A DNA stretch of 64,000 nucleotides from Felis catus. Lineage: Eukaryota. This document shows, piece by piece, positions 1 to 12,686 of this stretch (its first letter is position 1; each line of letters starts with the position of its first letter). A program made the translations under genes and the position numbers. Location: contig NC_058368.1 of NCBI RefSeq assembly GCF_018350175.1, positions 77,006,001-77,070,000 of the forward strand, read 5' to 3'. The notes beneath the pieces were generated by a model. That model ran no database searches. It had not been told where the DNA came from and saw only the letters and a list, made by a program, of their open reading frames with translations.

Positions 1-659
1 TTTTGCAGAGGGCGTGGCGTTTCTTTCCAGAGGCAAGCGGGTCGCCTGTGCCTGCGATCTCATCCCGTGGTCTGCCCTCACTTTACACCTTTGCTCCCTC
101 TTTCTAGCTGCTGCTTCTTTTATCTGTTTACGATGACATCATCTGTAAACGAAGGTTGAACTCAAATCTATGTTTTCATGAACAGAACAAAATGGAAATG
201 CTCCTTCGCTTTCTGCGATTTCTTTCACGATGACACGTTTCCTTTCCGGAAAAGTCACCTCTGCGTTTTGTCTTTATCTCTTCTCCTTTTTCAAACCCAC
301 CGAAAGTCTCATCGGGCCCCCAAACTCCTCCATAAATGGTCACAGCTAAGATTTTGGCTTATTAATAATCAGGAGGCAGTGTGGAGGTGGAAAGCAGCAG
401 AGAAAACCCGGAGGAGGGAAACCAGTTAGCGCCAACCATAAGCCAAAGGAAGCCGGCGGCCGTGAGGATCCACGTGGTGTTGTGGCAGAGGTCAGAACAG
501 GAGAGCTCCGGCGAGAAAACTCTGTGAGCAGCACACCTCTGGGAGCGTGCTGCTCACGGGCCCCCTGCATTTCAAGCCTGCGTGCTTGAAAAAAGACGCA
601 ACATTTACAAATACAGGGACCACAGGAGGAGAACGTGATGGCGGGGGGTGGGGGGTGCA

Positions 660-960
660 GCTGCGGAGTTAATTTTAGACATGTTGAATTTGTGGGATCA
701 GGCAGTTGATGGGGGATGAACATCAGACACCTACCTGGGTGTAAGGTTTGAGGAAGATAGGGGAGTCAAAGATACAGACTTTCAGGTCAACTGCAGACCT
801 AAGGGAGTCTCTAAAGTGTGCCTCTGAGCCTGCTGAAGAAGGATGCACAGAGGGACGGAGTTAAGGAGGACCTAGGACAGAGCTTTAGAGAAATTCTCCA
901 TCTTAGGGACAGGCCGACTGGCCCCAAATGAGAAGGAGAAGAAGACCAGAACCCTCACAA
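660..960 (-). mobile_element. L2 LINE fragment, highly decayed
   Basis: Purine-rich tract with antisense L2-like motifs (gagttaattttagacatgttgaatttg; aaagatacagactttcaggtca). Confidence 0.55.
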
Positions 961-974
961 CCAGGACTAGTGTC

Positions 975-1203
975 TTTTTTTTTCTTTAATGTTTGTTTTT
1001 GAAAGGGAGAGAGAGACAGCATGAGTGGGGGGGGGGGGGGGGGAGCGGAGAGAGAGGAAGGCACAGAATCCGAAGCAGGCTCCAGGCTCCAAGCTGTCAG
1101 CACAGAGCCCGACGTGGGGCTCGAACTCACGAGCCATGAGATCATGACCTGAGCTGAAGTTGGATGCTTAACCGCTTAACCACCTGAGCCTGCCAGGCAC
1201 CCC
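975..1203 (-). mobile_element. CanSINE (SINEC_Fc-like)
   Basis: Poly-T tail, (GA)n, cagaatccgaagcaggctccaggctc...ctcgaactcacgagccatgagatcatgacctgagctgaag; internal G17 run. Confidence 0.95.
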
Positions 1204-1499
1204 TGGGGCTAGTTTCCCAAAGGGAGTGCTGGAGGAGGCAGAGCAGGGATGTGATTATCCTCTGACCAGACACCTCCTGTGCATTGAGCACTGTTTTAGG
1301 AACGATTGGAGATCCCCTAAGGGACAACAAACACTGTCCCGCCCTTCAGGGAGCCTGCTTTCTATGGATGGTGGCAGCAAATTAACCGAGAATTACAGTC
1401 CAAGCTGTTGAGTGCCGTGGCAAGGAGTGTGTAGGGTGCCCTTGTCTCCAATATCAGGGGCGTGCACCTGGGGACCTGTCAGCCCTCCCCTGACACAGG

Positions 1500-1720
1500 G
1501 GAGGGCTCTGGAACCCCGCTGCCTGAATCTCTGCTATGGCTCGGCCGCTTCGCAGCTGGGTGATCCCCACTCCTGGCTTCAGTTTCCTCAATGATGGTAA
1601 AACAGACTGATAATAGCCGGATCTGCTGCGGAGGTTTATGGTGAGGATGAAATCCGTTAAAACATGTGACACATTGAGGCAGAGACTGACACATAAGAAG
1701 TCCTTGATTAAACACTGCCA
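1500..1720 (+). mobile_element. MIR SINE
   Basis: gggctctggaacc...gcttcagtttcctca core...gtgaggatgaaat...gacacataagaagtccttgattaaa 3' end. Confidence 0.75.
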
Positions 1721-1754
1721 AACTTCCCTGGCGCTCACTCTGGGCCAGACGCAG

Positions 1755-1860
1755 AAACAGCCTTAGGAAGCAGGTAATACTGTCATCGGCGCGTTTACAG
1801 TGAGGAAACAGAAGCACAGTGAGGTGGGGTGGCCTCCTCAGTCACACGGCTAAAGGTGGT
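1755..1860 (-). mobile_element. MIR SINE fragment
   Basis: Antisense MIR core tttacagtgaggaaacagaagcacagtgagg...gtcacacggcta. Confidence 0.7.
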
Positions 1861-2614
1861 TACTTTCTTTTTCTCCTCTCTACTCTGTCAGTGAAGGAGG
1901 GATTTCTACTCTCAAGTTATAGGGATGGCCCACGCGATGCTGGTCAGATGGACACACAGCAGTTTATTTGTCAGTGCGTCTCACGGCTCCCGGGTAGAGG
2001 ACACCGCTTGCCTTGCGGGACCACACGGGTGTTTTTAGGACAGAGGGGACGGGCGGGGTTTGTAGTAACAAGAGGGCGGGGTGCCCCCTGGTTCCCGTGG
2101 GGGGACGCGGCTGGCTTGTTTGAGTTGTTCCTTGAGCTGGCAGGGAACTGAACCCCACCGCCCTGGGACAAGCAGGCGTTCTGTCTGTTCCCGTGATAAG
2201 AAGTGATGTTTGACTGGGGAAGCTTATCTGCAAGAACAACTTGGGGAAGAGAGTGTGTGGTTAGGCCGTTTGAAGCCCTCCGGATTGTATCAAATGTCAA
2301 GGCGGCACTTAATACTGAACCCCAATTTCAGGCCTTATGGCACAGTGATCTGGTGGGCTTTAGGACCCAGGCAGTGTGGATCTAGGACCATGTCTGTCTA
2401 TACTGCTCTGCATTACCTAAACCTGAAACAGAATGGTTGTTCCCTCATCATCTCTGTGCTATTATTCACGCCTGCATCTCTGCCTGGAATTTCCTCTTGA
2501 TTCTCAAGCACCTCCTATTGAAATCCTCGCTGTTCCCCCAAGCCCACCTCAAGTGCCATCACTATAGGAAGTTCTTTCTCTTATCCAGATACGGCCCCTC
2601 CTTCATTTCCAGGT

Positions 2615-2850
2615 AGCGCTGTAGAGCGGAAGGGACATAGTCTTTGAAACCAGAAAAATCATGGCTGAGTCTCTGGCTTTGCTACTTACTTTGCTACATG
2701 ATCTGGGGGAACAAATTGGACTGAGTTAGCCTTGGTTTGCCCATTTCTCAAATGAGGGTGATAACTCTCATTGAAATGGTACTGTGAGATTACCCGTGAA
2801 AGTGGGTACAAAATGCTGAGTATTTAGAAGGCACATGATAAATACGAATT
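2615..2850 (+). mobile_element. MIR SINE
   Basis: ggctttgctacttact...gccttggtttgcccatttctcaaatgagggtgataa...gtgagatta. Confidence 0.65.
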
Positions 2851-3658
2851 TCCTTCTCTTGAATCATTTCATATTTCTACCAATGCCTGGATTATTGTGC
2901 CTCCTACTCCAACTATTTGCATATTTGTTTTGCTTATTCTCTACCAGGCCATATGCTTGGAGACGGTTGATAATTTCCACTTTTCTCCTTTTGTCCTTGT
3001 CCAGACTCTTCAGGGCTCACCATCACTCTCCACATGGTGGATATTTTTTACCAACAGTAGAAGGAACTCTCAGCATATTCTGCTCTAGAAATCAGCAGGC
3101 CTGTCTAGGACAATACCGTGCTGTGCTTCTAAGGAAACACAGTTGCTTGAACTGCTAATAAAGCCTTTTTCCTGAAGTAAACATAGTTGGCGGAGATAGC
3201 ACAATGATATCAATTTATATTGCATGAAAGTGATATATACAATCCCGACGTGAGGTTGAATGAGGGGTACAGTTTTCAAAACCTGAAGAGGGACAGGATG
3301 TCAAGAAAGAGAAAAAAACAGGTGTCAAAAGATGACATTTGGAGCTTCAAAGGCAAATGTTGCTTTTTTATAATTTTTAGCATATGGATTTGGAAATGGA
3401 GAGGAAATAAATATTTGTGCTGTTTGCCTGTAAAATGTGTAAGGAAGAGAGACGAAATTGCCGCAGGAAAGAAATGTGTCAGTTTCCTAAGCATTTCACA
3501 AGAATTGTGCCTCCTTGTCTGTTCCTCGTGAATGTATTTGATGGAGTACTGGACGTATGGATTGGTAAGGACAATGGAAGGTGAAAGTCAGTGGTTTACT
3601 ATTTCTTTTTCTCACTCATCCCAGATAAATTGACTTGGTGTAAACAAGGCATCTCACT

Positions 3659-3690
3659 TTTGTTTGTTTGTTTGTTTGTTTGTTTGTTTT
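3659..3690 (+). repeat. (TTTG)n microsatellite
   Basis: About 7 tandem TTTG units, read directly. Confidence 0.95.
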
Positions 3691-5379
3691 TTAGGGTTTT
3701 TAGTTTGTTTCTTTTTTGATGAATAAAATGAGAGGGACAGCGTTGGCCTCTGTCACAAAGAATCTAAGAAGTTTGACCAAAGTGAGCACCTAGTTTTGAG
3801 GTCATCGAATGCTTGTTTCCAAATAGGCCCCAAGGGAGAAGGAAATCTTTTTCTGTGATTCTAGAGCTTCTGGCGTAGGGGGAGGTGAGCATCACCTGGG
3901 CAGCTACATTTCTTGGTCAGCAACGCACTGGCTCCCTGTTATGTGACGCTAACTGTTTTGGAGCCTTAAGAAATCTCAGCTGTCAAGAAAACTCCACAAT
4001 TGCAAGTAAGTACGGAAGTCTGAAGGAACTGAAACCGTTTCCAGAGTCCATTGACTCCTGTCCAGCCAGGGTATCGTTTCTACCGTGTGAGACGTGCATT
4101 TGCTCCGTGTATGGGCTTTGGGTGTAATCTGTCCAGTTTTTCTACCCAACACTTATATAGGTTATCAGTTACAAATTCCTCTCAAAAAATTGAATGTACT
4201 TTAGAAATTGCTGAAGCCACCTGAAACCTTTTTTTTGAAACAAATTAAACAAATGTTCTAAATAAATGCATAAATGATACTGTCTACAGTATCGTAATTT
4301 GCTACCTGTTGAGTTATTATCCTTTCAGTGATTAGCAATCTGTTTTTTCACTTGTTCTATTCTGTCTTGCTAGTGACAAGAAAGGAGCTGGGGACATTTG
4401 AATTAATTGTGCAGATGCGTTAGTATTAATCTTTATGTGACTTGGAATGTGCCCGAATATCAGGAAAGCTATTTCCATTGCTATTTGTGGAGGGAGAAGA
4501 GTTGGAAGGAAAACTGAATAAGAAAATAGACTAAGAAAAAATATATTTGAATGATAGCAAATGAAATTTAAGCTCAGCTTAACACAGGATTTCCCTCTGG
4601 TAGGTAAGACCCGCGCAGCTTTAAATCTTACTTACGGCTCAGCCAGATTGTGAATAGAAATGGGAAAGAGGGACTAGGGTGGGGGTGAAGAGTTTCAGTG
4701 AATTTCCAACCTGCAAAATGGAGGTACCTTCTATCTGGACTGTAAGTGGAATTTTGAGGAGGTTTATCAAGAGTCTTCAAAATCATTTTTCTGGAACCAT
4801 CTTTGAGATGACGATCGGCAGGCATCTCGTCTGACTGATGTAATCAGGAGAAGAGGGTTTCAGGCGTGACAGAAGGAAATGATCTGCATTTATATGATAG
4901 GCTGGGTGATGGTGCAGGATTCCTGTGCATAAAATAATCATTTGGACAACAGTCCTTATTTCCGGACTGAGGAGAGGATAGCAGAAAAGCCTGCAAACTA
5001 TATGCTTGGAAATCCTCTCGGCTGAAAAGCTTCTAATGGAATATAACCTTTACGATAAGTCTCTCCTCCAAGTTTAGTATCTTTTTGTTATTAACACTGC
5101 TTGGGAAGATGTGGTTAGTTTAATGTTCTGATTAACAACAATGATGAGTTTGCCAATTTTCACATAGGGAAACAGCATTCGTAATAGAGTATGAATATCG
5201 TGTGCCGAGCATTTTAATGACCATTCATCATAAACATAGTTACATCTTCAGAAGGAGAAACGTTGAAAAGGGACGTAGTCATAATTGTCAAACCGATGTT
5301 TTTGTGGCATACAGCTGAATCAAATGCTTACGTGGTTAATTTCTGTGCACTAAACCAAATTTGACTGGTGTTTGAGGCC

Positions 5380-5475
5380 CTGCCGTGAGGTAGGGGCTGT
5401 ATCTGTCCCATCTTTGCGTCCCGGGGTCTTGTACTGTGTTGGCAAGTAGCAAGGGCTCCATCAATGATTGCTAAG
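5380..5475 (+). mobile_element. L2 3' end fragment
   Basis: tgaggtaggggctgtatctgtcc...tgtgttggcaagtagcaagggctccatcaatgattgct resembles an L2 tail. Confidence 0.55.
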
Positions 5476-6219
5476 CAGCGTAAATAATTTTAAACCATTG
5501 AAAACCCCAAGCCTGATGCTAGCCAGTAATTCCAACCACATTTCCTACAAAATCTTTTATTCATGCGCTCGATACCTGTTTCAATCGACTAGTTGGCATT
5601 TTATCTCTTTTTGACTCCGTATTTATGAAGGCTTTGAATCAATTATTTTGTTCTTGAAATTATTTTTGGTGCCAATATACTTGACAGAGGCCCAAAAGCA
5701 GTATCCAAGGAGCAGTCTGTGAGTGAATATGTCTACATGCCAAATTCAAAGGATACAACGTCCCAACCCTCCAAGGCTACAAACCCGCAGGGGTACCATA
5801 CAAACTTGTATGCGGGTTGAAGCTGCCACCTACACGGGTTGATCCCCAACTGGCATTGCCAGGGGCCTAAAAGGACACCTGTTTCCTTGAGTTGCTCATG
5901 GGTCCACGGTGAGTCTTCTGAGGTCATTACTAATAACAAAGCCCAGAAAGACTCCTTCCCGCTGACAGTCTCGGCCATGTGTAGGTGAGAGCCCAAGTAT
6001 CTTACATGAGTCCCGTGGTTCACATTCTTTATTTCAAAGGAGAGAAAGGTGATCTGATGACTGAAGTGGGTGTCCACACCAATATAACCGAACACCCAAC
6101 ACCAAAAAAAACAACTCTGCTTAAACAAACAAACCAAAACCAAAACCAACACCTTCCTGAGATCTTAGTTTGTAATAAAGGCATCATCTTTATTTGACCG
6201 TTTTTAGTAGCGAGGTGAG

Positions 6220-6332
6220 GCAGTATAAGTTCTGGGAGCACCGGGATCCTTCCTATTTTGCTCATGTTCTCAGTGGTAACAGAGTGCCGGACACACAGTG
6301 GGTGCTCAAGGAGTATTTGTCGAATGAATGGT
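6220..6332 (+). mobile_element. L2 3' end fragment
   Basis: cagagtgccggacacacagtgggtgctcaaggagtatttgtcgaatgaatg is a typical L2 terminus. Confidence 0.75.
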
Positions 6333-7139
6333 CGACGGGGTGAGAGAAATGTGAAGACAGCACTGGGTATATGGCTTTATAGCCAACACTCAGATATTTT
6401 TTCCTTCTTTTCGTGGATATGTTTTCTCTCATCTTTCAAGCCTCTTTTTGGCATATTGTGTATGCCCCGTGGTAGACACTAGGGGACACACGACAAAGAC
6501 TGAGAAGATTAGCAGTCATTGGACGAGTCCCTCGTTAGTCTTCGTTCACTGACTTCTTTATTCACTTAACAATCATTTGTTCTTTTTACAAAATATGGCT
6601 TTACCATTGGATGCTGTTTCTGAAACGAGTCCTGTTTCCGATGTTATCCTCTAATGCACCTTGCAGTTTAGAAGCAAAGACCGAACAGTTAAAGATAGGG
6701 AGAAGAATCTAAACTGATCAAAAAGGTGTAATAATATGGACCATTAATCCCTAGAAGTAGAGTATTCCACTGTGGAGTATTAAATTAGAGAAAGGCCAGG
6801 TCTAATAAATATCAGCTTAGATACTGTCAAAGAAAAATTGCTGAAACCAACTTGGCTAAAGGAAGATTTAGCCATAAGATCTTTTGAGAGTAAAAAGTTT
6901 GAGGAGACAATATAAAAATGGAACCGTTAGCTGAGTTCACTCATTGCCACAGTTAATATAAACAGTTATTATGCTGCGTGACCTCAAGCCCAGGAAAACA
7001 GAATCTTTTAGATTTGCAGTTTCAGATTACCTTTATGTCTAATCCATTTAAAAGCATAACACATTTCAATTAACCAACATCAAATACTCCTTAATGAATA
7101 TAAACCATTCAGGAAGAAAACATGAGTCCTAATATATTC

Positions 7140-7255
7140 CAGTTGGAAATGGGAAGGCATGTTGAAGTCATTTTGTCCAAATCTCCTATCTTCTAGACAG
7201 GAAATTGAGGTGAAGACAGGTCAAGTGACTGATTCAGTGTCACACAATTAGGGCA
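7140..7255 (-). mobile_element. MIR fragment
   Basis: tcattttgtccaaatctcc...ctagacaggaaattgaggtgaagacaggtcaagtgact...gtcacaca. Confidence 0.6.
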
Positions 7256-7776
7256 CATAACTTCTACTGTAGTATTCTTCACACTATATAGTCATACTTC
7301 CATTGAACATCAATAAATTATCTTCCTGACACAAGGTGATCTGGTCAGATTTTTGAAGGGTTTAAGTTAACTCTGTGTGTTGAGCATATACCCATACAGA
7401 CCCTCAAGACCGAGGCTCCCCCAAATCACAATCAACTGGAATCTACCTGAACCCTACCACCAGACAGTGTTTGTTTGAATACAACAACTGTGATCAGTTT
7501 GATGACTGTCTGAATTTAAATTTGGATGGCTTGAAGACTGACTTATGTCCCTGTAGTACACGATTGATAGCAAATCAGTAAGAGAGAATCAGTAAGTAGA
7601 AAACAGTAAGAGAAACCAAATGCTTCTCATCCTTGAGAAGGCGTATGGCATAATTATTCTTTGTTTATTTACTGCCATTGAAGGGTGTTACAGATGAGAA
7701 AACTGAAGCCCAAGGAAGGTCTTGAAATCATTTAAGTGACACAGCTGTCATTCAAGTCTAGTGTGTGGTCTCCTCC

Positions 7777-8414
7777 CATGATGGTCAATTTTATGTATCA
7801 CCTTGGCTAGGCTACAGTGACCCGTTGTTTGGTCAAACACCAGCCTCGATGTTGCCATGAAGGTATTTTTTTAGATGTGATAGATTTGTAAATGAGACTT
7901 TGGAGAAAGCAGATTACCTACTGTGGTGTGGGTGGGCCTCATTAGTTCTAGCTGAAGACCTTAAGAGCAAAGACTGAGGGGCACGGCTTAGTCGGTTAAG
8001 TGTCCGATTCCTGATTTTGGCTCAGGTCATGATGTCATGGGTTTATGAGTTCGAGCCTTGTGTTGGGCTTTGTGCTGACAGTTCAGAGTCTGCTTGGGAT
8101 TCTCTCTCTCTCTCTCTCTCTCTCAAAATAAATAAACTAAAAATAAATAAATAAAATAAAATAAAAGAGCAAAGACAGAGGTTTCCGAAAGAAGAAAAGA
8201 CTTCTTCTCAAGACTGTAGCATAGATGACTACCTCAATGTCCAGACTGCTGCCTTACAGAATCTGGATTCAAGGCTGCAACATTAACTCTCCCCTGCAAT
8301 TCTGGCCTAATGACCCCATGTACGGATTTTGGACCGGCCAGGTCCTACACTAATGTGGGCCAGTTCCCCAAAAATCTGTCTATCATCTATCTCTGGAAAA
8401 ACCTGACTAATAAA
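7777..8414 (+). mobile_element. MLT2-type ERVL solo LTR, interrupted by a SINE
   Basis: 5' end tgatggtcaattttatgtatcaccttggctaggcta, body tttggtcaaacaccagcctcgatgttgcc, 3' end ctctggaaaaacctgactaataaa. Confidence 0.85.
7978..8164 (+). mobile_element. CanSINE inserted in the MLT2 LTR
   Basis: SINE head, (CT)n, A-rich tail; TSD aagagcaaagac(t/a)ga on both sides. Confidence 0.93.
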
Positions 8415-8450
8415 CTTCCTTACGTGCATCCTGTTGCCTGAAAGCTGGAT

Positions 8451-8678
8451 TTTTTGTTGTTAAAATTTTTCTTTCTTTCTTTTTCTAATATTTATTTTAG
8501 AGAGAGAGAGAGGGAGTGATTAGGGGAGGGGCAGAGAGAAAGACACAGAATCCGAAGCAGGCTCCAGGCTCTGAGATGTCAGCACAGAGCCCGACGTGGG
8601 GCTCAAACTCACAAACCGAGAGATCATAACCTGAGCCGAAGTCGAACGCTCAGCCTACTGAGCCACCCAGGTGTCCCC
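8451..8678 (-). mobile_element. CanSINE
   Basis: Full antisense body ending gagccacccaggtgtcccc; TSD aaagctgga(t/c)t. Confidence 0.95.
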
Positions 8679-9929
8679 AAAAGCTGGACTTGTGAGTGAG
8701 CAGTGAGCTGTCCAATCCATTTGAGACAAGGGTATTCAGACAGGCCATACATTATGTAGTGGTCAAGGGGGCCTGGCCTCGGAGTCCCGTAGGTCCGTGA
8801 CCAATGCAGCTGCTGAGGGTCCTGGGAGAGAAATCACAGGCCCTCCACAAAGGCTTCAAGAGAATAAATAGGATTCAGAGCCAGAACATCAGTCTCCACA
8901 AAGGGCGTTTTCAAGGAAGCAGTTCCACATGTGTGTATAATTAAAAAAGAAAATGCAGAGGAAGATATCTTGCAGGACGCCTTTTAAGAAGGACGAAAAA
9001 TATATATTCTTCTTAGCCTCGTAAAACATCAACACCTTCTTGAATATGAAGAAATTTACATTCTGAAGTAAATGCTTTATCGAGGGACAGATAATAAGTG
9101 TGAATTGAAACTAATTGGTGTTTCAGATCACTGAGCTGGTTGAAAAACCATTTGCGATGAGGTCTGTATAAGTTAACAGTCGCTTTTAAATGCCTAATTA
9201 AACGTCCTTTGGTCCCTAGTGAGAATTAAAAAAAAAGTGTTGTCGTCCACTGCATTATTCTTAACCGAGTGATTAAATCTGGACAGATTTCATTTTTGTG
9301 GGTGGAAGAAGCTCTTTCTTCCCCAGAGTAGGCTGTCAGTAGGTCGGCCTTGGACAGGGTAGCCCATGGTGCCCGGGTGTAACGGGCCGATGTGAGAAAA
9401 AGCCACGAGATTCTGGTTGAACCAAAAGGAAAAATAAAGAAGCAAGGTGAGCGGAGACTCGATCGTGGTGGATTTTTTTTTTTTTTTTTTCTATCCTGAG
9501 AATGATAAGTAAAAGAGTATCATTAAGAGGGTTTTAAAAAGTATGCTGTCCGGGCTGTAAGCATTAAGGGCGGAAGTGTTTGCCGTGAATCATATTTGGG
9601 GGAGATCAAGGTTTCCTCCTTGTAATTGCGTTTTACTGTTGGCTGAAGCATCCGGGAGTTTGATGCGAGGACCGGAAGAGCGCAATGGGGCAGGTGGGAT
9701 CTTGAGGAGGCCTGGGCTGATTCTCAGGCTACCGCCTGCAGACTCACCGTCTGGGTTTAGGGAACGAGGAGCTCTTCTGGAAACTGAGTACTTTCTTAAG
9801 GAACGAGTTCAGGAGGCAGTGTCGACAAGGTGACAAAGATCTGAGGAGACACAGGCTTCTCCTTTCACACTCCTGGCTGGCTCCCACTCTCCCCCTTCCT
9901 CGATGCCTCTCCTACTCCGTTCCTCCCTG

Positions 9930-10350
9930 GGTGCCCTCCCCCCTTCCCCTCTCCCTCCCTCCATCCTTTCTCCCTCTCTCCCTCCCTCTCTCCCTCCCTC
10001 TCTCCCTCCCTCCTTCCACCCTCTCTCCTTCCCTTCCTTCCTTTCTTCCCTCCTTCCCTCTCTCCTTCCCTCCCTCCCTCCTTCCTTCCTCTCTCATTCC
10101 CTCCCTCCATCTGTTCTCCCTCCCTCCCTCCCTTTCCCCTCCCTCCTTCCACCCTCTCTCCTTCCTTTCCTTCCTTCCTTCCTTCCTTCCTTCCTTCCTT
10201 CCCTCCTTCCCTCTCTCCTTCCCTCCCTCCCTCCCTCCATCCATCCTCCCTCCCCCCTCCTCACTCCCTCCTTCCACCCTCCCCCCCTTCCTCCCCTCCC
10301 TCCTTCCACCCTCTCTCCTTTCCTCCCTCCTCCCTCCTTCCTCCCTCCCA
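9930..10350 (+). repeat. Polypyrimidine low-complexity array (CCCT/CCTT/CT)
   Basis: About 420 nt almost entirely C/T, with (CCTT)n and recurring ccctccttccaccctctctcctt units. Confidence 0.97.
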
Positions 10351-11023
10351 ACCATTGCAGTTTAATGCCTCAGGGTAAAGCAAGCAGTTGCTATCTGGTT
10401 TTACACCAATAGCTGCACAATAGTTCAAGACAAAGAAATGTGATTTCTATAATTAACTTCCTAAATCTTTCCAGGGTAGTTGATTTGAGGACTTGAGCCT
10501 CAGGGAAGGGAAAGGTTTTTTTGTTCCGTAATTCCAAAAACAAACAGCAGACTAAAAACAACGCCATCTATATTAAGGGGGGGAAAAAGAGAATTATTTA
10601 GATTATATATCTGGGGGAAAGACCTCTCAGGTTCCTCGTGTGACTCTTTATTTTACACGGAAACATCATTTGATGATGCATGTGCTAACCAGTTACTTCT
10701 CTGGTGGGGCCTGGAAAGCAGGGGCAGGGGGCAGGAGCCCACTGGAAAGGGCCTGGATGAGGGGAGAGAAACACAAGGAAGACTGAATCCCTTGGGTGAA
10801 ATTGCACACTTCAGTCATGTTGCACTTTGCTCTTCCTCCCCACTCACTGAAAACCGAAGTAGAGGCAACAGGTCAGAGCACGCAGGATTGAGATATAACA
10901 TTTAGGTACCCTGTGTCTATAATATATTTATTCAGGCTTATATTTTTTGTCTTCTATGATCTTGGCTCTTTCTGCTTATTTAGCTCATGTAGCTCTGATC
11001 ATACTTTAGAAATGCAGAATTCT

Positions 11024-11236
11024 GGGGGAGCCTGGGTGACCTAGTCGGTTAAGCGTCTGACTCTTGGTTTTGGCTCAGGTCATGATCTCACGGTTTGTGA
11101 GTTCGAGCCCCATGTCAGGCTCTGTGCTGACAGCTGCGGAGTCTGCTTGGGATTCTCTCTCTCCCTCATTCTCTGCCACTCCTGTGCTCGCCATCTCTCT
11201 CTCTCTCAAAATAAAATAAAACATTAAAAAAAAAAA
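11024..11236 (+). mobile_element. CanSINE
   Basis: gggggagcctgggtgacctagtcggttaagcg... with poly-A tail; TSD agaaatgcagaatt. Confidence 0.95.
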
Positions 11237-12686
11237 AGAAATGCAGAATTTTGTATTGTAGCCAATACACTTGTTGCTGTGGTTGTTTTGATCTACGTAG
11301 GATTGGAAACTACTTAATGGCATTGGCTCTCCTTACTCTCTAAGCAAGCGTTGGCCTCCAGCAGAGTTCTTGGTTTCTTATACACTCTTCCCACTGGTAT
11401 CTGTGAGTGGAACTCCGGGTTCTAAGACCACATTTTCTCACCCTCTACCTCAAATGGTAGCGATTTATTTTCCTTCAGAATTGGATTATGGCGTGGGCGC
11501 CTTGGTCATTTCTACCTTCTTGACCGTGGCTGGGTCAACCCAGCTGCTTGAAGCCGATGCGCTCGCCTCCTTGGGCATCGAGTGTACTGTGCTCTGTGAG
11601 AAGGGTCAAGTCCTTCTGCCTCAAGCCCACGTTGCTTGATTCAGATCCCCCCCGAAAACACTGTTGGAACAGACTCTCACAACAGACACTTCCATTGAAT
11701 TCACTCTGAAACTCGATTTCCATCCTCCTTCCACACCCTAACTTACACTGAAAGTCCCCAGAGAAGGAAGCAGAAGAAAGGTCTAGTGAAGGTGGTTTCT
11801 CCCACTGTCCCACGCCCAGGAGAGCTGGATCTGCTCAGACAACTCAGGCCGGGCATGAGCGAGGGACAAGAAACAGGGGTCTTGTGAGACAGAACGCCCC
11901 AGCCGTCCGCAAGGACCATTCTCACCGTCTACATATTGCTCTCCAGAAATGCCGTGTTATACAGACTCTGATCTCCCTCTGTCTCAGATCTCAGGCTTCC
12001 CGGCACTGGTCAGACCTCACTGCCATTTTCCTGAAGTTTAAAACAGTCCATAGAGATACGATTATCTCCCCAAACAGCTTTAAAACACTTGTAGACAGAA
12101 AAGAACAAGGCTTCGCTGACAGGAGCTACAATGAAAGAAGAGGCCACAGGGTCAGCTCGACTACCTTGGGGGTGAAAGACTGCAAGAAACGTCGGTTTTA
12201 TTCCTCTTATATTTTACACACCAAGTGAGAGGCGCAAAGGGTTTCAATATTTCCCGTTCACTCAGGGAAATGGATCCCACAGTGACCAGCTCACCTATCC
12301 TCACCCAAGGATGATTCCTGCTTTCAAGAGCACATCTCTTTACGTAGGCCTCTCACCTTCTTGTCCCATGCTATCCTGGACTCTCCCAGCTACTCATGTT
12401 CTCTAGGATTGCACCTCTCCTTCCGGTTTCAGTGTTAGAAATGCTCGCGGGATTTCCCTGCCTCGGTCATGCGTACCCCGTGGTGTCTTGCTCCCCACCG
12501 GATGAAGAGTGGGGCAGGTTTTGTAAATCATGAAAATGACAAAAATATGTGAGGCAAGTATGCCACCATTTGACCACAGGGTTATAGCTGCCCAGCTGGA
12601 GGCATGAGGAAAGGGCTAAGGAGGTCATGCCAGGTAAAAGCCTTTGTAGCGCCTTTAATCTCTTTATAATAATTTTGTTTTTCCAG

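Noticed and set aside
3865..4005. Possible exon ending at the strong donor CAA|GTAAGT
   Set aside because: All frames closed from the better acceptor; isolated splice motifs are common by chance.
5822..5838. CTCF-like motif on the - strand (CGTGTAGGTGGCAG)
   Set aside because: Two mismatches in the 5' core; too weak without ChIP data.
9865..10412. Long Pro/Ser/Leu and Glu/Gly/Arg ORFs on both strands
   Set aside because: Artefacts of the C/T array, which cannot encode stop codons.
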